NCBI GenBank assembly: GCA_963720755.1
Contig: CAVRGP010000006.1
Span: forward strand, 96,001-160,000
Direction of reading: 5' to 3'
DNA length: 64,000 nucleotides
From: an uncultured Chloroflexia bacterium
GTDB taxonomy: Bacteria > Chloroflexota > Limnocylindria > Limnocylindrales > CSP1-4
In this document: positions 20,386-30,290 of the stretch, piece after piece
How positions within the stretch are numbered: position 1 is the first letter of the stretch
Layout of the letters: each line of letters begins with the position of its first letter
Program-made: the position numbers and the translations under genes
The notes under the pieces: model-generated
Database searches by the model: none
The model's input: only the letters and a program-made list of their open reading frames with translations
What the model was told of the DNA's origin: nothing

Positions 20386-20901
20386 ATGGACGGTGTCGTA
20401 CTCGTTCTGAACCAGAACTACGAGCCGCTCAACGTCTGTAACCTGCCTCGCGCCTTCCGGCTGGTCTTCGGCGAGAGGGCGGAAGTGATCGAATACGACC
20501 ACCAGGTGATCCGGACGCCGCGGACCGAGTATCGCGCGCCCTCCGTCATCCGCCTCCAGCACATGATCAGACGCCCGCGCCCGCGAGTGAAGCTGTCCCG
20601 CCGCGAGATCTTCGCCCGCGATCGGCACACCTGCCAGTACTGCGGCCGCCAGGCCCATGACATGACCCTCGACCACATCGTTCCCCGTCATCGCGGCGGC
20701 GGACACACGTGGGAGAACCTCGTGACCGCGTGCAAGACGTGCAACCACCGCAAGGGTGGCAAGACGCTGGAAGAGGCGCGTCTCCGCCTGCTCCAGCAGC
20801 CGCACGAACCGCGAAGCGACATCTACGCATTGTTCAAGTCGTATCTCGCCGACGAGAACAACGAAGCCTGGCGCTCGTACCTGTTCCTGGGTCGCAACTG
20901 A
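20386..20901 (+). CDS. HNH endonuclease (McrA-like)
   Basis: 'VLVLNQNYEP', 'RD.HTCQYCG', 'TLDHIVPRHRGG.HTWENLVTACKTCN.RKG'. Confidence 0.9.
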   Translation: MDGVVLVLNQNYEPLNVCNLPRAFRLVFGERAEVIEYDHQVIRTPRTEYRAPSVIRLQHMIRRPRPRVKLSRREIFARDRHTCQYCGRQAHDMTLDHIVPRHRGGGHTWENLVTACKTCNHRKGGKTLEEARLRLLQQPHEPRSDIYALFKSYLADENNEAWRSYLFLGRN

Positions 20902-22265
20902 CGGGCACGCCGGCCGGGCTCGAGGCATTGATCCCGGGCGCTGTCCGCGACCTGCTCGCTGGCCTGTGGTCCGCGGGCCATGCGGCCTACCTGGTCGGTG
21001 GGTCGTTGCGCGACATCATCCTCGATCGACACCCCGCCGACTGGGACCTCGCGACCGACGCGCTCCCGGATCGGGTGACGGCACTCTTCCCGGGTGCGGT
21101 CTACGAGAACCGATTCGGCACCGTCACGGTCCGGAGATCGGGCGAGACCTTCGAGATCACGACCTTCCGGACCGATCACGACTACGCCGATCATCGCCGC
21201 CCGGATCACGTCGAGTTCGGCGACTCGATCGAGGCCGACCTTGCCCGTCGCGACTTCACCGTGAACGCGATGGCGTGGGGCGCCCGACCCGGGGAGTCGC
21301 CTGCGTTCCTCGACCCGCAGCACGGTCTGGCGGACGCGCGGGCGAGGATCCTGCGGGCGGTCGGGGAACCGCGCGCCAGGTTCGAGGAGGACGCCCTGCG
21401 GATGATCCGAGCGGTCCGACTTGCCGCCGCGCTCGAATTCGGGATCGACGCCGGGACGCTCGCCGGGATCCAGGCGATGGCCGACCTGGCGGCCAACCTG
21501 TCCGGCGAGCGGATCGCCGCGGAGCTGACCAAGCTGCTCGCCGCCCCCGTCCCGTCGATCGGCCTTCGACTGTGGAGCGACACGGATCTCCTGATGCCGA
21601 TATCACCGGAGCTGGCGGCGCAGCGCGGGATCCCCCAGAACAAGGTGCCCGGCGAGGACCTCTGGGATCACACCTTGCGGTCCGTCGACGCGGTGCCCGC
21701 CTCTCGGCCGATCGTCAGACTGGCGGCCCTGCTCCACGACATCGGCAAGCCAGCGACCTCCGCGGATGGCCACTTCGTGGGACACGACCTGGTCGGTGCC
21801 GAGCTCGCCGGCCAGTTCCTCGATCGGTTGCACGTCGCCCACGCGACTCGCGATCGGGTCGTCGGTCTCGTTCGGAACCACATGTTCAGCTACGAGTCGA
21901 ACTGGTCGGACGCGGCGGTCCGTCGGTTCATCCGCCGGATCGCTGCCCTCGGCCCGGGTGCCCTGGAGGAACTGCTGGAGCTGCGGGCGGCCGACAACGT
22001 CGGGTCGGGGCTGCCGGCCGAAGCCGGACGGCTCGATGAGCTGCGAGCCAGGGTCGACGCCGAATCCGCCGCAGGCTCCGTCATCGACCTGCGCGGCCTG
22101 GCGATCGACGGCAGCGACCTGATGACGGTGGTCGGCGTCGAGCCCGGACCGCGTCTCGGTGCCATGCTGGACGACTTGCTGGAGCGTGTCATCGTCGATC
22201 CGTCGCTGAACGATCGCCAGACACTGTTGGACATCGCCCGGTCGATGACGACGGAGGAACGATGA
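20898..22265 (+). CDS. CCA tRNA nucleotidyltransferase with HD domain (start uncertain)
   Basis: 'YLVGGSLRD...DWDLAT', '[12 protein letters not shown]', 'EDALR', 'LLHDIGKP'; start either CTG overlapping the HNH stop or TTG 20928. Confidence 0.88.
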   Translation: MTGTPAGLEALIPGAVRDLLAGLWSAGHAAYLVGGSLRDIILDRHPADWDLATDALPDRVTALFPGAVYENRFGTVTVRRSGETFEITTFRTDHDYADHRRPDHVEFGDSIEADLARRDFTVNAMAWGARPGESPAFLDPQHGLADARARILRAVGEPRARFEEDALRMIRAVRLAAALEFGIDAGTLAGIQAMADLAANLSGERIAAELTKLLAAPVPSIGLRLWSDTDLLMPISPELAAQRGIPQNKVPGEDLWDHTLRSVDAVPASRPIVRLAALLHDIGKPATSADGHFVGHDLVGAELAGQFLDRLHVAHATRDRVVGLVRNHMFSYESNWSDAAVRRFIRRIAALGPGALEELLELRAADNVGSGLPAEAGRLDELRARVDAESAAGSVIDLRGLAIDGSDLMTVVGVEPGPRLGAMLDDLLERVIVDPSLNDRQTLLDIARSMTTEER

Positions 22266-22852
22266 TCGAGTTGCTGCTCCAGGCGGAACGAGCCCTGTCG
22301 GTCGGGTTGCTCGACCGAGCCGAAGCCCTCTACCGCCAGGTCGCGACGGCCGACCCCCGGAATTCGATCGCGGTCGTCGGATTGGCACGAGTCGCCCTCG
22401 ATCGGAACGACGACGTCAGGTCTCTTGAACTCGCGCGCCAGGCGCTGACCATCGATCCGGAGAATGCGGCCGCGCAACGCATGGTGGCGCGCCTCGAGGA
22501 GGTCCTCGAGTATCGCCACGCGAGCGAGGTCGTCGCCGAGCCTGTGGTCGTGGTCGAGCCTGAGCCTGAACCCGAGGTCGTCGCCGAGTCCGCGGTCGTG
22601 GCGGAACCCGCGGTCGTGGCGGAACCCGCGGTCGTGGCCGAGCCGGAGCCTGCTGTCGAAGTCGCGCCGCCCGAACCTGAGCACGTGCCGGAGCCCGAGC
22701 CCGAACCTCGGCCGGAGCCGGAGGCGGAGGTCGAACCCGAGCCCGAGCAGAACGATCCGCTGGTGGTGGCCTCCCCGGCGACACAGGCGTCACCCTTGCC
22801 GCGCTGGCGCTCGTTCCTCGATCGACTGCTCCGGCGTCTCGGGCGTCGCTGA
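22262..22852 (+). CDS. TPR protein with Pro/Glu-rich low-complexity tail
   Basis: TPR-like '[17 protein letters not shown]' and '[13 protein letters not shown]'; AVVAEP and PE repeats. Confidence 0.75.
   Translation: MIELLLQAERALSVGLLDRAEALYRQVATADPRNSIAVVGLARVALDRNDDVRSLELARQALTIDPENAAAQRMVARLEEVLEYRHASEVVAEPVVVVEPEPEPEVVAESAVVAEPAVVAEPAVVAEPEPAVEVAPPEPEHVPEPEPEPRPEPEAEVEPEPEQNDPLVVASPATQASPLPRWRSFLDRLLRRLGRR
22592..22645 (+). repeat. 18-bp coding tandem repeat (AVVAEP) x3
   Basis: GCGGTCGTGGCGGAACCC units. Confidence 0.8.
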
Positions 22853-22896
22853 CCGTTCGGTTCGCTGATCCCGGCCATCGGTGTACCGTCCGCGCC

Positions 22897-23781
22897 ATGC
22901 CGGACATCACCATCCGTCGAGCCGAGACCGATATCGACCTGGCGGCGTGGAACCGAGTCCGGCGGATCGTCCTCCCCGACGAACCCGTACCGACCATCAA
23001 CCAACTGCGGGCGGCCGGCCCCGACCGCCTCCATCTCATCGCGGAGATCGGCGGCGAGACGGTCGGCCACGGTTTCGCGAGCGATTCGAGCCTCGCCGAT
23101 GGGTTCGCCATGGTTCGGATCCTCCCGGGTCAACGTCGACGCGGGATCGGGAGCGCAGTCCTGCGCGCCGTCCTCGACCTCCAGTTGGCCGCCAGACGTC
23201 GAACGGTCGCGTCACATGCTCAGGACGACGGCGCGATGGCATTCGCGGCGCATCATGGATTCGTGGAGGTCGATCGCCAGATCGAACTGGTTCGTCCGGT
23301 CGCTCCCGGCGAGCCCGAGCCCCCGCCCTATCCCGGTGTCGAGTTCGCGACGATCGCCGCCCAGCCCGACCTGCTGGGTCGCGCGTACCCCCTTGCCCAG
23401 CAAGGTCATTCGGATCTCGCCCTGGCGACGGGACCGGCGAGGATCACCCTCGACGACTGGCTCGGGGAGGAGGCGACCCTGCCGGGTGGCTCGATGGTCG
23501 CTCTGGTCGATGGCGAGGTCGTCGGGTATGCCGGGCTCACCGCCTGGAACGACGATGAGTCGCGCGCCGAGAACGGCCTGACGGTGGTGGATCGCGCCTG
23601 GCGCCGCAAGGGTCTGGCGACCGCCCTCAAGCGTCGGCAACTCGCGTGGGCGTCGGCCAACGGTATCGTCGAACTCGTGACCTGGACCCAGCAGGGCAAC
23701 GACGCGATGCGCCTCGTCAACATGCGACTTGGCTACGCGACCCGCTCGATGACCCGGACGGTCCGCCGCGACCTGCCGTGA
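22897..23781 (+). CDS. Tandem GNAT acetyltransferase
   Basis: Two acetyl-CoA motifs 'RRRGIGSA' and 'RRKGLATALK'; 'N..M..VN.RLGY'. Confidence 0.85.
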   Translation: MPDITIRRAETDIDLAAWNRVRRIVLPDEPVPTINQLRAAGPDRLHLIAEIGGETVGHGFASDSSLADGFAMVRILPGQRRRGIGSAVLRAVLDLQLAARRRTVASHAQDDGAMAFAAHHGFVEVDRQIELVRPVAPGEPEPPPYPGVEFATIAAQPDLLGRAYPLAQQGHSDLALATGPARITLDDWLGEEATLPGGSMVALVDGEVVGYAGLTAWNDDESRAENGLTVVDRAWRRKGLATALKRRQLAWASANGIVELVTWTQQGNDAMRLVNMRLGYATRSMTRTVRRDLP

Positions 23782-23868
23782 ACCTGGTCGACCTGTCCTC
23801 CTGCACTGGGCTCAGCGGACGGTATCAGGCGCGAAGCGGCAGCAGAGCGCACCGCGTATCGTTCGGTC

Positions 23869-24864
23869 ATGACGAGGATCCTGGTCACCGGCGGGGCCGG
23901 CTATGTCGGTTCGGTCTCGATCAATGCGCTCCTCGATGCGGGCCACGAGGTCGTCGTCCTCGATGACCTGACGACCGGCCATCGCAGCGCCGTCCCCGCG
24001 GGGGCGACGCTCAGCGAGGGCACCTACACGGACCAGGCGGCCACGACCCGCCTGCTCGCGGATCAGCGCATCGAGGCCATCCTTCATTGCGCGGCGCGCT
24101 CACTGGTCGGCGAATCGATCGCGGACCCGTCGAAGTACTACCGCGACAACGTGGCCGGGGGCGTCGCACTCCTCGAGGCAGCGCGCGCGACGGGCGTGAA
24201 CCGGATCGTGTTCTCCTCGACCGCAGCGGTGTATGGCGCTCCGGACGTGACGCCGATCCCGGAAGACGCGCCGCTTCGCCCGATCAATCCGTACGGTGAG
24301 TCGAAGCGCACTTTCGAGACCGCCCTTGCCTGGTACGGGCGGGCGTACGGACTGCGCAGCGTGAGTCTTCGATACTTCAACGTGGCGGGCGCGACGGACA
24401 CGCTCGGTGAGATGCACGACCCGGAAACGCACCTGATCCCGAACGTCCTGGCGGCGGCCGAAGGACGGCGCGACTTGACGGTCTTCGGCGACGATTACTC
24501 GACGCCGGACGGGACGTGCATCCGCGACTACATCCATGTCAGCGACCTGGCCGACGCCCATCTCCGCGCGATCGACGCCACGGCCCCGACGGATGGGCGG
24601 ACCGACGAGCCACTCGTCTGCAATCTCGGCAACGGCGGAGGGTTCTCGGTCCGCGAGATCGTCGACGCCGCGCGGACGGTCACGGGCGGCGAGATCCCCT
24701 TCTCGGTCGGTTCACGACGTGCCGGCGATCCGCCCGTCCTCGTGGCCAGCTCGGCGCGCGCTGCCGAGGTCCTCGGTTGGCGACCGCAGCAGCCGACGCT
24801 CGAGCAGATGGTCGGCTCGGCTTGGGCCTGGCGCCGCCGACACCCGACCGGCTATCCGGACTGA
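23869..24864 (+). CDS. galE: UDP-glucose 4-epimerase
   Basis: 'TGGAGYVGS', 'FSSTAAVYG', 'PINPYGESK', 'LRYFNVAGA', 'DGTCIRDYIHV'. Confidence 0.93.
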   Translation: MTRILVTGGAGYVGSVSINALLDAGHEVVVLDDLTTGHRSAVPAGATLSEGTYTDQAATTRLLADQRIEAILHCAARSLVGESIADPSKYYRDNVAGGVALLEAARATGVNRIVFSSTAAVYGAPDVTPIPEDAPLRPINPYGESKRTFETALAWYGRAYGLRSVSLRYFNVAGATDTLGEMHDPETHLIPNVLAAAEGRRDLTVFGDDYSTPDGTCIRDYIHVSDLADAHLRAIDATAPTDGRTDEPLVCNLGNGGGFSVREIVDAARTVTGGEIPFSVGSRRAGDPPVLVASSARAAEVLGWRPQQPTLEQMVGSAWAWRRRHPTGYPD

Positions 24865-26183
24865 CCTATCAGCTCGCCCGATCCGGCCCAATCGTCGCGG
24901 ACCGGCCATACCAGCCACAATCCGATGAGCATGGTCGCCAGCAGACTCAGGACCGCGACCTGGTACGCCCCGCTGCCCATCGAGTCGAGCAGCAGGAACA
25001 GGATCAGGCCGTACAGCAACTGCCCGACGACCTGCGAACCCTTGCCGACCAACCCGTAGATCCCGAAGAACTCGCCGATCATCTCGGGTGGCGACAATCG
25101 CACCATGAGCACGCGATCTGCGACCTGCACGCCACCGAGCCCGGAGCCGAGGATCGCCCCAGCCACGAGGAACAGCGGCAACCCGGACGGGCCGAAACCG
25201 ATCGAGATGCCGCCCAGGACCAGCCCGACCGCCCAGGAGATGAGGACGACGACGAGGGTCCACTTCGGTCCTCGGCGGTCGACCGACAGGCCCCAGACGA
25301 AGCTCATCGCGATCGCGACCAGGGTCAACAGCAGCAGGACCAGGACACTCGTCTGATCGGTCAGGCCCATCGCCTTCACGGTCACGACACTCATGACCAC
25401 GATGACTGTGTTGACCGCGTCCGAATAGAAGAATCGGCCGACCAGGAAGCGCCCCAGGCCGGGCACCGATCGAGCGTGCGCGATCGACCGGCGCAGCTGA
25501 CCGAACGAATCGCGGACATCGGCTGCGCGGATGGACGGTCCGCCGGACACACGCGGTTCGTGGACGAACACGAAGATCGGGACCGCGAACAGGGCGAAGA
25601 GGAGCGCGGTCACCCGGAAGCGGTCGACCACCGGGATGTCCAGCAGGAAGATCAGCAAGCCGACGAAGACGGTCCCGCAATAGCCGATGGCGGTACCCAA
25701 ACCGGATAGCTTCCCCCGGGTCGCCGGGTACCCGACCGTCTTGAGCGTCGCGTCGTAATAGATGAGGGCGGCCTGGTAGGCGAAGTTCGCCACGATGAAC
25801 AGGAGCAGCCCGATGACCGGCGGCAGATCCGCGATGAAGAACGTCGCGCCGATGCACAGCGCCGTGAAGAACAGGAGGAACGGCATCCGGCCGGGGCCTC
25901 GATCCGACAGGGCCCCGAGGATCGGCGAGACGAGCGCGTTGACCCCGACACTCGCGACGACCGCGATCGACAACAGGGCGTTGCCGTCCCGCTCGCCGAA
26001 CTGGGCGTCGTTGACCAGGTACAGGCCGATCGCCCCGGACACCACGGCGAACGAGAAGATGGTGTTGGCGAAGTCGTACAGCGCCCACGAGGCCGGCACG
26101 ATCGCCCGGCCGCTGGGGGTCAGCCCGGCCAGGCCGCGCCCGGACCCGGACCCAGGACCGCGGGACGGGGCGGCACTCGTCAC
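24852..26183 (-). CDS. MFS transporter (UMF1/ATG22-like)
   Basis: 'SWALYDFANT', 'LGALSDR', 'GEFFGIYGLVGK'; about 12 TM. Confidence 0.88.
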   Translation of the reverse strand: MTSAAPSRGPGSGSGRGLAGLTPSGRAIVPASWALYDFANTIFSFAVVSGAIGLYLVNDAQFGERDGNALLSIAVVASVGVNALVSPILGALSDRGPGRMPFLLFFTALCIGATFFIADLPPVIGLLLFIVANFAYQAALIYYDATLKTVGYPATRGKLSGLGTAIGYCGTVFVGLLIFLLDIPVVDRFRVTALLFALFAVPIFVFVHEPRVSGGPSIRAADVRDSFGQLRRSIAHARSVPGLGRFLVGRFFYSDAVNTVIVVMSVVTVKAMGLTDQTSVLVLLLLTLVAIAMSFVWGLSVDRRGPKWTLVVVLISWAVGLVLGGISIGFGPSGLPLFLVAGAILGSGLGGVQVADRVLMVRLSPPEMIGEFFGIYGLVGKGSQVVGQLLYGLILFLLLDSMGSGAYQVAVLSLLATMLIGLWLVWPVRDDWAGSGELIGQSG

Positions 26184-26223
26184 CGGCCGATGATAGCGGC
26201 GCCGGGACGGGTAGGATTTGCCG

Positions 26224-26922
26224 ATGGCACAGGACGAGCGCGTCTCGCGCGACGACCCGCATCAGGTCATCGAGACTCTCCGACCCCAGGAGTTCGGCAC
26301 CGGTTCACCGGCCAACGTCATCGATCCGATCATCGAACCGCTGTGGATGGGCGTCCGGGCACTGGCCGCCGTCAGCGGCGACGGCGCTCGACTGATCGAC
26401 GACGAAGCCGGCCCGGTCGAAGGGATGGCGGCCATCGTCGATGCCCTGGTCGACGGCCTGCGGGCGACCGGCCTGGTGGTCGATGGCGTCGTGACGAAGC
26501 AGGCGATCGGGCACGAGGTCGCCGTCTACGAGTGGTCGTCAGAGACGCCGTCGCTGGGCTCGCTCATCGGGCTGCGACGGAACCGGGCGAACGATACCGC
26601 CGCGCTCCGCGAGGAGGCGCTTGAGGCGATCACGTTCGAACCGGACGATCCGATCGCGTTCGTGGCCACGGACCTCCTGTGGCTCGACGGCACACCTCTG
26701 CTTGACATCCCGCTCCTCGAACGCCGCCGCCTGCTCGAGTCCGTGCTGGTCGAGTCGGACTCGGTCCGTCACGGGATCCACGTCCGTCCCCCACTCGGAT
26801 CCTGGATCGGGTCATGGCGCGCACAGGGCTTCAGCGGCCTCACCTACAAGGCCGCCAACAGCCGCTACCGGCCCGGTGAAGTGAACCCGGACTGGGCCGT
26901 GGGAGGGATGCCGCGCCGCTGA
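26224..26922 (+). CDS. ATP-dependent DNA ligase adenylation-domain-like protein, apparently catalytically inactive
   Basis: Scaffold 'DLLWLDG.PLL..PLLERR.LLE' and 'K..NSRYRPG' retained; motif I reads EPLWMGVR; no OB domain. Confidence 0.7.
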   Translation: MAQDERVSRDDPHQVIETLRPQEFGTGSPANVIDPIIEPLWMGVRALAAVSGDGARLIDDEAGPVEGMAAIVDALVDGLRATGLVVDGVVTKQAIGHEVAVYEWSSETPSLGSLIGLRRNRANDTAALREEALEAITFEPDDPIAFVATDLLWLDGTPLLDIPLLERRRLLESVLVESDSVRHGIHVRPPLGSWIGSWRAQGFSGLTYKAANSRYRPGEVNPDWAVGGMPRR

Positions 26923-26940
26923 GGGTGGTAGGGTTCTGGG

Positions 26941-28308
26941 GTGCCAGAGACAACCCTGACACCGGCCATCCGCGATGAGATCTCGCGACTCGGTCGGGCC
27001 GACATCATGGTCGGCATCCCCAGCTTCAAGAACGCTGCGACGATCGGATACGTCGTCCGCGCGGCCCAGGCTGGACTCGTCCAGTACTTCCCCGACCTGC
27101 ACCCGATCGTGGTCAATTCGGACGCTGGCTCACCTGATGGGACGGGTCGCGTCGTGGTCGAGACGGAGCCGCCGGACTACGTGGAGCAGATCCTGCTCGT
27201 CCGGCCGACCAACCGGCTCGAGCGGGTCAGCCTGACCTACCCGGAGATCGACGGCGTCGGTGGCAAGGGCGCCGCCCTGCGCACGATCTTCGAGATGGCC
27301 GACGCCCTCCAGGTCCAGGCCCTCGTCGTGGTCGACAGTGACCTGCGCAGCATCGTCCCGGAGTGGATCGAGCTGCTGGCCGGACCGATCCTGAAGGGCG
27401 GCTACGACTTCGTCGCGCCGCTCTACGCACGGTACAAGTTCGACGGCACGATCACCAACACCGTCACCTACCCGCTGACTCGAGCGCTCTACGGGCACCG
27501 GATCCGACAGCCGATCGGCGGCGACTTCGGCGTCTCGGGCGATCTCGTCAAGCACTATCTCGAACTCGACGACTGGACGCCCGAGATCAGCAAGTTCGGC
27601 GTCGACATCTGGATGACGACGTCGGCGATCACCGCCGGTTACGCCGTGTGCCAGACGCGACTCGGGGCCAAGATCCACGACCCGAAGGATCCCGGGTCGG
27701 ACCTCGGGCCGATGTTCCGACAGGTCGTCGGGACGATCCTCGAGCTGGCGAATCGCTACCCCGAGCATTGGCTGTCCATCCACGGCAGCCACGACGTCCC
27801 GGCCTACGGCTTCGAACGGATCATCGAGCCGCCGCCGCTGGAGGTGAACACGCTTCGACTCCTGTCGGAATTCCACGCGGGCTCGCTCACGCTGGCTGAG
27901 ACGTGGGCGCACATGCTCGCACCGGCAACGCTGGAGACCGTGCTGGAACTGGCGGCCGAAGCCGGTCGGCTGGGTGACACCGCGGTGAACCGTCTCGGTC
28001 TGGGCGGGGACGTCGCATCGACGACTGCGACGACCCTCGAGATGGCCGACGCCGTCTCCACGTTCCACTTCCCGGACGACCTGTGGGCCCGGGTCGTGTA
28101 CGACCTGATCATCGCCGCCCGCGATCCGCGACCGTCGCTCGAGGCGATCGTCGCCGCCCTCGTGCCGATCTACTTCGGCCGCGTCGGCAGCTTCGTCATC
28201 GAGAACCGCAACGTCACGACAGACCAGGCCGAAGAGCGGGTCGAGCGCCAGGCCCGTGAGTTCGAACTGCTCAAGCCGTACCTGGTCGAGCGCTGGAACG
28301 CGTCCTGA
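26941..28308 (+). CDS. GT-A glycosyltransferase, glucosylglycerate synthase (Ggs)-like
   Basis: 'ADIMVGIPSF.NA.TIG.VV', 'NSD.GS.DGT', 'GKGAALR', 'VDSDLRS', 'RQPIGGDF', 'FGVDIWMTT'. Confidence 0.8.
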   Translation: MPETTLTPAIRDEISRLGRADIMVGIPSFKNAATIGYVVRAAQAGLVQYFPDLHPIVVNSDAGSPDGTGRVVVETEPPDYVEQILLVRPTNRLERVSLTYPEIDGVGGKGAALRTIFEMADALQVQALVVVDSDLRSIVPEWIELLAGPILKGGYDFVAPLYARYKFDGTITNTVTYPLTRALYGHRIRQPIGGDFGVSGDLVKHYLELDDWTPEISKFGVDIWMTTSAITAGYAVCQTRLGAKIHDPKDPGSDLGPMFRQVVGTILELANRYPEHWLSIHGSHDVPAYGFERIIEPPPLEVNTLRLLSEFHAGSLTLAETWAHMLAPATLETVLELAAEAGRLGDTAVNRLGLGGDVASTTATTLEMADAVSTFHFPDDLWARVVYDLIIAARDPRPSLEAIVAALVPIYFGRVGSFVIENRNVTTDQAEERVERQAREFELLKPYLVERWNAS

Positions 28309-30290
28309 TGGCCCCCAAGACACCGCTGCCGACGAGGGTCCTGATCCCGGTCGCCAACCCGATGACCGCCGAGGAACTCGTTCGCCTCGGGGTCGCCATG
28401 CTCGACGAACGGTCGGGCGAACTGTCGGCGCTCGGGATCGTGGAAGTCCCGGAGGGGATGCCGCTGTCCGAGGGGGCGACCCGCGCCCGCCATGCCCGCC
28501 GATTGCTCCAGCGGGTCCTGGACTTCGCCCCGGACGGCGCAACCATCCACCCGATCGTCCGGATCGGCCGGCATGCCGCGGAGGGCATCATCGAGGCGGC
28601 CGCCGAGCAGGAGGCGGAGCTCATCATCTTCGGTTGGGGAGGTCGCGCGGCCGGCGGCCGGGCGGGCAGCGGTCCGACCATCTTCTCGTCGACGATCGAT
28701 GAAGTCGTCCGAGACGCGCCCTGCGACATCGCGGTCGTCAAACAGCGCGGTTACAAGCCGATCCGGCGCGTCCTCGTGCCCGTCCGCGGCGGACCTCACG
28801 CGGAACTCGCGCTCCATTTCGCCGACGCGATCGCCCGCCACCACGGTGCGAAGGTCGTCGTCCTCCATCTCGTCCCGCCCGGCATCACCCTGGCGGTCCG
28901 CGCTCAGGCGGAACGGGCGCTCGCGTCGTTCGTCAAGCAGCACATCAGCGGTGAGAGTGAGGCACTCCTCCATGAGGCGCCGAACGTCCGCAACGCCATC
29001 CTCAAGGAAGCGGAGAGCGCGGACCTCGTGGTCATGGGCGCCTCGGCCCCGACCGGCAACGCCGACGGCGAGAGCTACCTGTTCGGTGCCCTGCCCGAAG
29101 CGATCGCGGCACGGGCCAAGCCGAGCGTCATGGTCGTCAAGACGCGCGAGGCGGTCGAGCGGGCGACCTTCGAGCAACTGGCCGCACGGGCCGAGACCCT
29201 GGCCGCCGCCGATCGAGCCGCCGAGGAAGCTCGGGCCGTCCCGATCCGGGTGGAACGCTGGTTCGGGGAGTCGAATTTCCACCACTCGGAGTTCGCCGAC
29301 CTGCGCCGCCTGGCCACCCTGAAGGAGAAGCAGAACCTGACCGTCAGCCTCGTCCTGCCGACCCTCAACGAAGAGGAGACGATCGGGCCGATCGTGCGCC
29401 GGGCGCTCCGCGAGATGGTCGGTCGCGTGCCGCTCCTCGACGAGGTCCTCGTCATCGACTCGGCGTCGACCGATCGGACCCGGGAGATCGCCGAGGCCGA
29501 GGGTGCCCGGGTCGTGCAGCACCCGGACGTCCTGCCCCGCTACGGGTCGTTCGCCGGGAAGGGTGAGGCCCTCTGGAAGTCCCTCTTCGAGACGAGCGGC
29601 GACATCATCGTCTGGGCCGACACGGACGTGAAGCACTGGCATCCCCGGATGGTCTACGGCACCCTGGGCCCGCTGCTCCACGAACCCCGCCTCCAGTACG
29701 TCAAGGGCTACTACCAGCGGCCGATCGTCGAGGGCGGTGTCCTCAAGGAGGGCGGTGGCGGCCGGGTCACGGAACTGGTCGCGCGGCCGCTGATCAACCT
29801 GTTCTTCCCGGAACTGTCGGGCATGATCCAGCCGCTGGCGGGCGAATATGCGGGGCGGCGGACCCTGCTCGAGTCGATCCCGTTCTTCACCGGCTATGCG
29901 GTGGAGATCGGGCATCTCATCGACACCACCGAACGGGTCGGGATCGAGGGACTCGGCCAGGTCGACCTGGAGCGCCGGATCCATCGCAACCAGGAGCTCG
30001 AGGGTCTGTCGCGGATGTCGTTCGTCATCCTCCAGGCGGTGATGAAGCGGCTCGAAGAGCGACGCAAGGCCCGGTTGTTCGCCGAGCTTGGCTCGACCAT
30101 GAAGCTGCCGCGATCGGGCAAGGGCCGGCTCTCGCTCGAAGTCATCGAATTGGCCGACCAGGAACGTCCGCCGATGAACCGGATCCCCGAGTACCTCGAG
30201 CGACGGCGGCCGGCGGACGGGTCGGCCGATGACGCGACACCCGCGACCGACCGACCCAAGCCCCGTCGGCGACGCACGCCCGCGTCGTGA
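28308..30290 (+). CDS. USP-USP-glucosyl-3-phosphoglycerate synthase (GpgS) fusion
   Basis: Two USP domains ('RVLIPVAN', 'RRVLVPVRGGPHA', 'DLVVMGA'); GpgS 'GKGEALWKS', 'YVKGYYQRP', 'GGRVTELVARP', 'QPLAGEYAGRR', 'GYAVE'. Confidence 0.88.
   Translation: MAPKTPLPTRVLIPVANPMTAEELVRLGVAMLDERSGELSALGIVEVPEGMPLSEGATRARHARRLLQRVLDFAPDGATIHPIVRIGRHAAEGIIEAAAEQEAELIIFGWGGRAAGGRAGSGPTIFSSTIDEVVRDAPCDIAVVKQRGYKPIRRVLVPVRGGPHAELALHFADAIARHHGAKVVVLHLVPPGITLAVRAQAERALASFVKQHISGESEALLHEAPNVRNAILKEAESADLVVMGASAPTGNADGESYLFGALPEAIAARAKPSVMVVKTREAVERATFEQLAARAETLAAADRAAEEARAVPIRVERWFGESNFHHSEFADLRRLATLKEKQNLTVSLVLPTLNEEETIGPIVRRALREMVGRVPLLDEVLVIDSASTDRTREIAEAEGARVVQHPDVLPRYGSFAGKGEALWKSLFETSGDIIVWADTDVKHWHPRMVYGTLGPLLHEPRLQYVKGYYQRPIVEGGVLKEGGGGRVTELVARPLINLFFPELSGMIQPLAGEYAGRRTLLESIPFFTGYAVEIGHLIDTTERVGIEGLGQVDLERRIHRNQELEGLSRMSFVILQAVMKRLEERRKARLFAELGSTMKLPRSGKGRLSLEVIELADQERPPMNRIPEYLERRRPADGSADDATPATDRPKPRRRRTPAS

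Noticed and set aside
20386-20901. HNH as a homing endonuclease, defence or mobile element
   Set aside because: Matches the widespread standalone 'VLVLN..YEP' HNH type; no intron, methylase or repeats nearby
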